The notes beneath the pieces were generated by a model that saw only the letters and a program-made list of their open reading frames with translations, did not search any database and was not told the origin of the DNA. Below, piece by piece: positions 52,580 to 62,375 of a DNA stretch of 64,000 nucleotides (positions are counted from its first letter, which is position 1; the number at the start of each line of letters is the position of its first letter). The position numbers were made by a program, and so were the translations under genes. The stretch is from NCBI RefSeq assembly GCF_964213995.1, contig NW_027590140.1:248001-312000 (forward strand), given 5' to 3'. This DNA is from Mustelus asterias (taxonomy: Eukaryota).

Positions 52580-53030
52580 AGGATGACCCTTCCAGGACAG
52601 AATAGCCCGTTTGATTGTGACCCATTGCAAAAACATGCATTTCTTCCACCACCGACGAACAGTGGCAGCAGTGTGGACGATATACAAAATGCACTGCAGG
52701 AACTCACAATGGCTCCTCAGCCAACACTTTCCAAACCCAACAATATTACCATCTCGAAGGGCACGGGGAGCAAACTTGTCGAAACACCACGACCTGGAGG
52801 TTTCCCTTCCAAGCCATACATTATTTCAAACATATCGCCATTCCTTCACTGTCGCTGGGTCAAAATCGTAGAACTTCCACTCTAACAGCACCGTGAGAAT
52901 ACCTATGCCACAGGGACTGCAACAATTCAAGAAAGCAACTCACCACCACATTCTCAACGGTGATTTAAGGATGGTTAATGACTGCTGGCCGAATCAGCGA
53001 AGCGTACGTCCCTTGAATTAATAACAAAAT
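52580..53030 (+). mobile_element. 3' end of the CR1/L2-group LINE seen at 25910-27340
   Basis: HHRRTVAAVWTIYKMHCRNS motif and a matching 3' UTR. Confidence 0.7.
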
Positions 53031-53160
53031 AATCAACCTGAGGCCAAATAAAGCAGGGGATCCAGACACTGTGTGTCGCTTAATGGCATTCTGTGGTCGG
53101 GGACTGCGAGGCAGCAGTAGCTGTCGTGATCTTCGATTAAACGTTCACATCTCAGTGTCG

Positions 53161-53762
53161 CCATTAAATTCTTGAGCATTGTTTTAAAAGATGGGCGTGG
53201 CCTAATTTACCGATGTTCGGGTCTGAAGTATTCAGTGCTGCTTTAAGATCCAGTGTCCAAGAGCAGTCCCGATCAGCAGCCTCCAGTTCCCCGTCATGTA
53301 AACCATCAGCTCCAGGCAGCAGAGAGATGGGAATCCTTGTTTTCACACTGTGTCTGTTTACACCGTGAGTACCGATAAAACTAACCCATACTGTGTGGAT
53401 TGAATATAAGGCTGGGTTTTGGCTGCGGGAGAGTTTCGACTGGAGCTTCACAGCTGAGTTTGCCCATTTAAATTCTTGAGTTTTATTTTTACGGTGGGCG
53501 TGGCCTATTATACAAATGAAAAGACCTAAAATATTTTAGGATAGCACCGAGATCCAGTCTCTCAGAGCAGTCCAGCTCTGCATTCTCCACCAACCACCCC
53601 TCCCCCCCCCACCCCCCCACCCTCTCACTCCACCTGTCATATAATAAATAATCTCCAGACAGGAGCGATGGGAATCCTCCTTGTTTTCAGCCTGTGAGCC
53701 TGTTTACCACGTGAGTACCGATCACACTAACACACATTTTGTGGATTGAATATAAAGCTACC
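53161..53762 (+). repeat. Tandem duplication of the antigen-receptor promoter plus leader exon
   Basis: Both copies contain CCATT(T)AAATTCTTGAG, GGGCGTGGCCTA, ATGGGAATCCT..., GTGAGTACCGAT and GTGGATTGAATATAA; leader ATGs at 53327 and 53668. Confidence 0.85.
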
Positions 53763-54134
53763 CCAGTCCATCTCAATTACAGACACTGTCTGGTGTTTTA
53801 CCCCGTTGAGTGATTCGGCTTTGATCGTCCATTAAACTTTGTGTTTAACTTCCAGGATCTTTCAGTCAGTCAGTGACACAGAGCCCGGCAGCGGTGACCA
53901 GGAAGGAGTGTCAGTCCCTCACCATCACCTTTGTTTTACATGGAGTTTATGATTCAGAAAATGGCCATTGTTTCAGACAAACCCAAACCGGGACAGCTCA
54001 CCAGCGGAAGGCGATTTGTTGTGTCGGTGAATAAAGCAAGAAGGACATTTTCGCTGGGAATTCATAATGTGAGAGTAGAAGACACCGCCACCTATTACTG
54101 TAAAGCGCAGCGCTGGAGGGCACAGATGGGGCAC
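53668..54134 (+). pseudogene. NAR-TCR V segment (leader exon 53668-53710, V exon from 53856), defective
   Basis: Leader MGILLVFSL*ACLP with GTGAGT donor; TTCCAG acceptor; SQSVTQSPAAVTRKECQSLTITF...FRQTQTGT, frameshift, TSGRRFVVSVNKARRTFSLGIHNVRVEDTATYYCKA. IgNAR-like V with a short CDR2 region and an extra FR1 Cys (KEC). TGA in the leader, first canonical Cys is TTT, frameshift near 53995. Confidence 0.8.
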
Positions 54135-54162
54135 CACAGTTCAAGAGAGAACGATAAATACC
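54135..54162 (+). promoter_or_regulatory. 12-bp-spacer recombination signal sequence 3' of the V
   Basis: CACAGTT, CAAGAGAGAACG (12 nt), ATAAATACC. Confidence 0.65.
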
Positions 54163-54482
54163 TCAGGACAATCAAAGCATCTATTCCTAGCAATTCCCTG
54201 GTTCGGCAACTGGACTTGTCGGACAGATGTTATTACCACTACAATCTGGTTTAACATCGTTCTAATGTCCTCCTTTCTGTTATCATTCTTTAATGTTTTT
54301 TCTCCATTTATAAGAATCTTCTATCTCTGCTCCTGTTCCTGGGAGCTCGGAGAGTCATATCGAACAGGTTGATCCAATGTTTTTTTTTAAACAATCAAGA
54401 TCCATTATTGATCTAAATCCCTGGATTAATTGAGAAAAGCCGACGGTCCAGTAATGGGTACTCGACAGTTTGAGGTGTCAGT

Positions 54483-54521
54483 CATTCTTGTGCTGTGCTG
54501 ACTGAGAGCAGTGTCACGGTG
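54483..54521 (-). promoter_or_regulatory. 23-bp-spacer RSS 5' of the J
   Basis: CATTCTTGT (nonamer, 6/9 to GGTTTTTGT), 23 nt, CACGGTG heptamer. Confidence 0.6.
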
Positions 54522-54574
54522 GAGAGAATGGAGATTTGCAGATGGGTCCGGGACGGTGGTGACTGTCACAGCCG
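54522..54574 (+). other. NAR-TCR J segment
   Basis: REWRFADGSGTVVTVTA followed by a phase-1 GTGAGT donor at 54575; xGxGT motif without W/F as in IgNAR-type J segments. Confidence 0.8.
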
Positions 54575-56299
54575 GTGAGTGAGTCCAAATCCTCCCGTGT
54601 TACAGAATGTTTAGGTTAGTGTTCAACGTCAGATAAGATTCATTTTATCACTTCAATTCTCTGCTACAAAAACAGGGTGGTTTCGAGGGGAAGAATTTCA
54701 ATTACAGATTTAGACTTGGGTGCACATTCAGAAACCAAAGTCGGTTCTGGATGTAAGACCGCGGTGAAGCAGTTTGAGACCCCGAAGGACAGGTAGCCTA
54801 CGGGCAAGGAGTTTCAACTGACCCCATCTGCATCATCTGCGTCTTCCCTTCTGCTGTCAGACTTTTGAATGGACTTAACTTTGCATTAAGTTGATCTTTC
54901 TCCACATCCTAGCTATGACTGTAACACTACATTCTGCACTCTCTCGTTTCTTTCTCTATGAACGGTATGTTTTTTTCTTGAAAGCGCGCAAGAAACAGTA
55001 CTTTTCACTGTATGTTAATACATCCGACAATAATAAATCAAATCAAATCAAAAAATCAAAATCATTGGTTTAAGGGAGATATCGGGTAATCCTCACAACA
55101 TTCCACAGTCCCACTCTCCTAACTTGTTTCAATGAGTGCACATTGTGGACACTCCGAAACCTGCTTCTTGCTCTTCGCTGGAAGAGCGCAGAGTCGCCGA
55201 GCACAGGATGTTTCTCTGATCGAGGAAATATGAACGACATACCGGGAGAGGTAACCTTACATTGTATTGGCCGGTCCAGTACCTGCCGCGGCATGAAAAC
55301 TGGAACATGACACAAATATCTTCAAAGATCCTTTTACAGTTGTAATATTTCATTTTACCGTTGTAATATTTCATTCTTGGGCAAAAAATAACGAAAAGTA
55401 GTCATATTCTAACAGATTTTTATTGCCTCCCTGTAAATAATCATTCCTGTTTGAAAGAATTGTTAAGGTTTTGAATTACACTCTCTTCCACGTATTGAAC
55501 GCTAATAATTGAGAAATGGGTTTGCATTTTTTTTCGAATTCAAAACATTGCGCTCATTGAAAAATGAACAGTTCCTAAAAGACCAGATTGTGTCGAGGCT
55601 GTGGGCGCTCAGCCGTTCCACAGATGTTTTTTTGATTACTAATTGCATCAATGGATTTGAGAATAGGACGCAGAGTGATCGTTCAGGTAGATGGCGAGAA
55701 CTAAACTTCCTATTTGTACATTGGTCCCCAAGGTAGATTTGTCTGAAGTGTTCCTATTTCTTATATCTTTTATTATCAGCTTTAATTTCTTATACTCCCG
55801 AGAAAATAAGTGATCAGCAATGTGTATTGATATAGAAAGCTTGGAAAATGTTTGCCGTTTGTCTCTCGAGCCCGGGTCGGACATGAAGAAACAACAGAGA
55901 AATATGATATAATTTCAAGGAGGTACATGTGCAGAAACTGATTCTTCGGTGGGAGAGTTTTTTTTATTCAGTCGCGTGACATGGACCTCGCTGGCTGGCC
56001 AGCATTTATTGTGCATCCCACGTCACCCTTGTAATTTGAGACGACAGTTGAGCGTCATCCACATTGCTGTGGATCTGGAATCACAAATAGGCCAGACCAG
56101 GTAAGGAAGACAGATTTCTTGCCTCAAGGACATTGGTGAACCAGATGGGTTTTTCCAACAATCTATAATGGTTTCATGGTCAGCAGTACATTCCTAATTC
56201 CAGATTCGTTTTATATTTGAACTCGAATTCCACCATCTGCCGAGGCAGTATTCGGACCTAGTCCCTAGAGCAAGGAGACATTTACAGATGAAATTGCTA

Positions 56300-56925
56300 T
56301 CATAGAGTCATCGAGGTTTACAGCATGGAAACAGGGCATTCAGCCCAACTTGTCCAAGCTGCCCTTATTTTTTTAAACCCCTAAGCTAATCCCAATTGCC
56401 CGCATTTGGCCCATATCCCTCTATACCCATCGTACCCATGTAACTATCTAAATGCTTTTTAAAAGATAAAATTGTACCCGCCTCTACTACTACCTCTGGC
56501 AGCTTGTTCCAGATACTCACCACCTTCTGTGTGAAACAATTGTCCCTCTGGACACTTTTGCATCTCTCCCCTCTCACCTTAAACCTATGCCCTCTAGTTT
56601 TAGACTCCGCTACCTTTGGGAAAAGATATTGACTATCTACCTTGTCTATGCCCTTCATTATTTTATAGACCTCTATAAGGTCACCCCTCAGCCTCCTACG
56701 CTCCAGAGAAAAAAGTCCCAGTCTATTCAGCCTCTCCTTATAACTCAATCCATCAAGTCCCGGTAGCATCCTAATAGATCTTTTCTGTACTCTTTCTAGT
56801 TTAATAATATCCTTTCTGTAATAGGGTGACCAGAATTGCACACAGTATTCCAAATGTGGCCTTACCAATGTCTTGTACAATTTTCACAAGACGTCCCAAC
56901 TCCTGTATGCAATGTTCTGACCGAT
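56300..56925 (-). mobile_element. CR1 3' fragment in the J-to-V-delta intron
   Basis: ORF 56386-56880 YKTLVRPHLEYCVQFWSP... Confidence 0.9.
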
Positions 56926-58077
56926 GAATGGTTTGAACCATTCGGATATATTTGCACGGAGACACATCAGAATGTGAAGGTAGCTGATTTGAGAAACGGC
57001 GCAATAAATTTATCGCATAGCTTGAAAAGTATGGGCAGGAGAGACGATTAAATAGACACACGGCTCAGGATGTTATTGGTTATTTCGTGTTCGAGATGGG
57101 AAGTGCCGTACAATAACAACTTTCGACCAGCTAGGCTGAGTGGCCTATTCATGGTAAGTTGCAAATGTTTAATGAAAATCTCAGAAACTGTTCCGCTTGG
57201 AAAGCATAGGAAGCAATCAACCAATGGGCTGAAGGATTTAGTACTCAGACACTCTGACGAAGCACTTCCCAGTGAGTAACAGTAAAACCACTGCGGAAAC
57301 TGAGCAGGCTGAACCCAACCGACAATTGAGAGTCCTGAGGATACGTTCTAATGACAGTTTGAAACCGCCAAGAATAGAAAACAACTCGGAAACAGAAATA
57401 AAGCTAAATCAACTTGATTTTTTTCTGATAAAAGTAAAACGATAGAATTGATGGAGGAAAACAGACAAGTAGTCCAAAGGCAGGCAGGAGTTATCTTGTC
57501 GGATTGAACTGCGGAAAATGTTGAATTTTGACCCACAGGTATCCATTGCAATTTGGCTTAACGGTTGCGGACGAATATCTGTAGCATGTGCTGAACTTTA
57601 AGATGTGCAGGGATATAAAACTGATGATTGTCCTTCAGGCAATCAAATCTGGACAGTAATTAATTGAGGAGGAAAATGAACATTTATGATTTTTAAAAAA
57701 GAATTCTGGTCCATACTTCACCAATATATTTAGAAGCAAATATTGAATAAAAGATGGAATCACATAGCTCAGAAGGGCATATTTCTGCCAATAATGACAA
57801 TTATTTGAAGGTGCTGTCAATGTTACATATTCACCCTATTGTATTTGACTTGGCACTGGAACCTTGTCCTGTTCCAGAGGATTATTCCTCTCAATATCCG
57901 TTTGAAAGTTAATATTGTACCTGCTCCCAGTACCATCACTTCCACAGTGCTTTTCAATTCGTTGTGAAAAAAATGTTTGGAGATTTGTTCGGCTTGTTTA
58001 TTTGCAATAGTCGCTAAATTTCGAATCAACTTTGATTAAGCAAATTACCGCAAAATACAAGCGCATTCACACGATTC

Positions 58078-58287
58078 ACTGCAACGTTATAACAATGTTT
58101 GGGTCAATGCACCTAACCAGCACATCTCTCAGTCTGTGGGAGGAAACTGGAGCACTCGCAGGAAACCAAGGCAGACAGAGGGAGAGTGTGCAAACTCCAG
58201 ACACACTGTGACCCAAGCCGGAAATTGAACCCAGGTCCCAGGTGCTGTGAGGCAGCAGTGCTAACCACTGTGTCACCGTTAAGTGAA
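58078..58287 (-). mobile_element. Truncated HE1-like SINE; inverted twin of 62166-62375
   Basis: 210 bp; one mismatch seen relative to the other copy. Confidence 0.85.
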
Positions 58288-58326
58288 GAGTGGCTAAGCA
58301 AATAATTATTTTATTCTATCCTGCAG

Positions 58327-58629
58327 ATTCCAGTTAATCTTTGTCACAGAGTTCTCTTCTCCACAACTCTGCTGCAGGTGACACGGTTACTTTAAGCTGT
58401 GAATATTCAGGGAACTGTCAGTCCAATGTACACTGGTACAGTCAGTCCTCAGGACAGGCTCCGAAATACCTGCTTCAGACACACACTTCAGGAGAGGAGA
58501 ATGAAAATGCTGCCGAGGGCAGAATTTCGGCTTCCACCGATTCTTCCTTCGAAATCAGCCGCTTAAGGATCTCGAAACTAGAAATTAACGACTCAGCTGA
58601 GTATTACTGTGCGCTGAGTCGGCCCAGAG
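58327..58629 (+). pseudogene. Leaderless supporting TCR delta V segment of NAR-TCR, with an early in-frame stop
   Basis: CTGCAG acceptor in phase with the J donor; (D)SS*SLSQSS...GDTVTLSCEYSGNCQSNVHWYSQSSGQAPKYLLQ...GRISAS...SRLRISKLEINDSAEYYCALSRPR; canonical C/W/YYC plus an extra CDR1 Cys; TAA at 58335-58337; 23-RSS follows directly. Confidence 0.82.
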
Positions 58630-59179
58630 CACAGTGATACAGAACACGGAGAGAACTGTACATGAACCTGAACATGGCGAGTATTACAGACACAGTGACA
58701 CGGAACAGGGAGAGAGCTGTACGAAAACTAAACATGTTGAGGATTACAGACACAGTGATACATAACAAGGGGAGATCTGTACAAAAACCTGAACATGATG
58801 AGGTTTACAGACAAACATGGAAACAGAACACGGAGAGAGCTGTACAGAAACCTGAACATAATGAAGGTTTAATGAACATAATGAACATAATACAGACACA
58901 GTGATAAGGACTTTGGAGAGAGTTGTCCAAAAACATAAACGCCGTGTAGCTTACAAATACAGTGGCGCAGAACACGGAGAGAGCTGTACAAAAGCCTGAA
59001 CATGGTGAGGATTACAGACACAGTGATACAGAATTCGCAGAGAGTTGTACAAAAAACTGAACATGGTGAGAATTACAGACACAATGATACAGAACATGGA
59101 GAGAGCTGTTTAAAAACCTGAATATGGTGAGGATTACAGACACAGTAATACAGAACCCGGAAAGAGCTGCACAAAAACC
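58630..59179 (+). repeat. Tandem array of nine 23-bp-spacer RSS units (~61-bp period)
   Basis: Heptamers at 58630, 58691, 58751, 58814 (degenerate), 58897, 58958, 59019, 59080 and 59141, each followed 23 nt later by a nonamer-like sequence; unit 3 is perfect CACAGTG-23-ACAAAAACC. Confidence 0.92.
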
Positions 59180-61862
59180 CGGGTATGGTGAGGATTGTTG
59201 CTTTTAATCGTCAGCATATTAAAAATCTGATACTTTTGTTTGTTTAACACTTTTTTCCACTGGTAAACACCCCAAGTGGAAGATTTTTTGGCGTTCGCGG
59301 CATTTTTATGTATTTGTAACTTGCTATAACTTTACTCAATTTTAATGAAATATGAATCTGTGAGTCATGACGTGATACTTTATATAAGCAACAATTTCTT
59401 ACGACCTGGAATGCACCGTCAGAATGAGTGGTGTGTAATGGTCAACCGAAACGTTCAAACGGTTAATGGATAAGTGCTGGGAAAGGAAGCAAACTGGTGC
59501 AGCGCTGCAGAGAAGTGCATGGGGAGTGGGGATAATTCGAATGCATTTCTAAAGGGACAAAACCTAATCAACATTTCATGTCTGCACTGTACGATTCCAC
59601 AATGCATGTTACAGATCCTGCAAGCCAGATTCTACAAGCCTTATTCTTTATTTATTTAATTGTTTATCTCGTAAGTTCAATTTTCTCCCTGCCTCTCAAA
59701 GTTGAAATATCTCCAATTAGCTTTGTTTGATTTCTACTTTGGCTTTTTGCTGTTTTCGTTTCATGCAATCATGGGAGCTTGTCCAAAAGTCAAATGTCGG
59801 TTGGGTTCAATCTGTTCAGTTTCTGCAGTGGCTTTACATTATCTCACTGGGAACTGCCTCTTCCAGCTCTCTGACTATTTCAATTCGTTCTGCCCATTAG
59901 TTGATTCTCTCCCGGGTTCTCTCGGGGGGCGGGAGGGGGGGGCGGGGGCTCTTGTATAATTTTTTACATTGTACAGAATCTGCAGAGAGGAATTGGCCAT
60001 TCGGCCCAACTAATCCATGTCCGTGTATACTGCAGACGAGAGGAAAATGAATCGATTGGTCCATCATGCCTGTGCTGTCTTTGAAATAGCTATTCGATTT
60101 TGTCCCTGTTTCCTCTTCTTTGCCTATAGTTCTTTAAATCCAATCCCAACCCGCACCCCCAGTCAGTTCATGCAATCGCCTTTTGAAGCTTCCCAATGTA
60201 TCTACAGCAACATCTTCCATATTACAAAAATACAGAGGAAAAATGGTTCTATTTATCTCCCTTCAGGATAGTTTACCAATTATTGTAAACCTTCGTGCTC
60301 TTCATTGGCCCAGTGGAAACTGTTTCACCTTACTCTCTCAAAGCTCCAAGTTAACTTGAATTAAATTCCCGTTCACCATTATGGACAGAAGCAGAACAAT
60401 TAAGAACTTCTCTAACCTCCCTTTTTAATTGAAATCTCTCATCCCCTGACACCATTCCAGTAAATCTCCTTTGTAATCTCTCCAGGACCCTCACATCCCT
60501 TCAAATACGTACTGACCAGAAATAAACACAATTCCTCAGATGAGGAGTTTTATGCTGTGCCTCAATTTATAACAGACATCCTCTGTGCAGTATTAGCAAT
60601 CTTATCATCTGCTCATTCCGATGATAAAAGGATGTGTGCATGCATCCGTTCTGTTGCTGCACACATTTAAAATAATCCCATTAATTTACATTGCATCTTC
60701 TAATTCCGCCTACCAAATGTGCCCTTCACACATCCCTGCATTAAGTTCAAATTTGCGCGTGTCTCTCCATACCAAAGGATATAGGGGTAAAGGCGGGATT
60801 AGTGGATTGAATTTGATGATCAGCCATGAGCATAATGAATGGTGCAGCAGGCCCGAAGTGTGGAATGGCCTCTCCTGCTCCTCTCTTCTATATTTCCATA
60901 TTTCAAAAACCTGTGCATATCCTTCTGAAACTTACTACTATCCTCCTCAGTGTTTCACATTCTGAATTCCACATCTAAAGGTGTTGAAATGATCTCAATT
61001 TTGTAGAAGCCAATGTTATTTATGTGCATCAGAGAGAGTAATGGTCCTAATATTGACCCCCAGTGAACATTACTGTGTACTCTCCAAAGACAGAATAACT
61101 ATCGTGAACGACTTTTCTCTGCTTTCTATTTATTTTCCAATATAATATTCATAGTGTTGCCATCCCTTTATTACTCGTGCTGCTGCTTTTATACAACTCC
61201 ATTAAACGATACTTCATCAAACGCCATTCATATGCATAACATCAAGCCTTTCGGTAATCACAGACCTTCTTGCTACTTCGACAAGAAACTACTCGGAGTT
61301 TATCAGATATGTATTCCCACCATCAATTCATTCTTCTGCTCATTTGTAACAATATTTTACATCAAGAAGCAAATGTTTTTTGCCCGCCGTTATGCTCTGT
61401 CGTGAGTTGTTCAAGGCTAACATTGTCCTGACACATTTTCATTTCCTGGTTTTATCCCTTTCTGCTTTTAACGCAACTTGGAGCGTTCCAACCATCCAAT
61501 GTTCTGACACCACCCCAATATCCATTGAGGATCGAAAAATTATTTGAATGTCCTCCATTATTACCATTATTCGTGCCGTCAGCAACCCTGCTGCATGTCA
61601 TCCAGACAGCATACATATTCTACTTTATCGTGACTTAAAATGTTTTGGTCTGAAAGGAGTTAACATAGCTTGTTTGTTTAGTGAATGTAACTTATATCCG
61701 TCTCAGTGGTTCCTAAATGTGGCACCATGGGGTTCCCAAATCCAATTAATAAGGGATGTCTTGCAACACAACAGTATAATCGGGCACGTCCAACACTGAG
61801 CGAGATCAGCAGCTCCAGACGGAGGGACAGGAGATATCAGAATCTGAGAACAATAGATTGAA

Positions 61863-62127
61863 ATGGAATCGAATCTGAGAACAATGGGTCGCAACGTTAT
61901 AACAATGGAACAGAGTCGAAGAACAATGGATTGCAATGTTACAACAGGGGATCAGAATGTGACAGCAATGCGTTGCAATGTTACAACAATGGATCGGAGT
62001 TTATCCATGGCACTTGCCTTACTCACTCAGCAATGGATACCATTACCATTAGCATGGCGGATCCGGTATACACTACACGTTATTCAAGCTGTTTACTATC
62101 CAATTTTGGCTGTTGTTGGTGTCCCTG
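61863..62127 (+). CDS. Coding exon 1 of a GPR139/GPR142-like GPCR (N-terminal heptad repeats and start of TM1); exon 2 not found in the window
   Basis: Open frame MESNLRTMGRNVITMEQSRRTMDCNVTTGDQNVTAMRCNVTT...VIQAVYYPILAVVGVP with phase-1 GTAAGT donor at 62128; 5' flank homologous to 3545-3610. Confidence 0.68.
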
Positions 62128-62165
62128 GTAAGTCTCCGGAGCGGATTTTTAACTACTTTTGTTAT

Positions 62166-62375
62166 TTCACTTAACGGTGACACAGTGGTTAGCACTGCTG
62201 CCTCACAGCACCTGGGACCTGGGATCAATTTCCGGCTTGGGTCACAGTGTGTCTGGAGTTTGCACACTCTCCCTCTGTCTGCCTTGGTTTCCTGCGAGTG
62301 CTCCAGTTTCCTCCCACAGACTGAGAGATGTGCTGGTTAGGTGCATTGACCCAAACATTGTTATAACGTTGCAGT
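62166..62375 (+). mobile_element. Truncated HE1-like SINE; inverted twin of 58078-58287
   Basis: GACACAGTGGTTAGCACTGCTGCCTCACAGC...; same truncation and tail as the other copy. Confidence 0.85.

Noticed and set aside
52104-52694. 196-aa minus-strand ORF as a protein-coding gene
   Set aside because: Starts in the antisense of a LINE fragment and has no recognisable motif or splice signals
58669-59140. Linkers between RSS units as TCR delta D segments, or the array as accumulated signal joints
   Set aside because: Linkers lack an inverted 5' 12-RSS, and the signals are head-to-tail rather than heptamer-to-heptamer
58630-59179. CRISPR array (61-bp periodicity)
   Set aside because: Whole units are homologous with no unique spacers, there are no cas genes, the context is vertebrate, and the unit is an RSS
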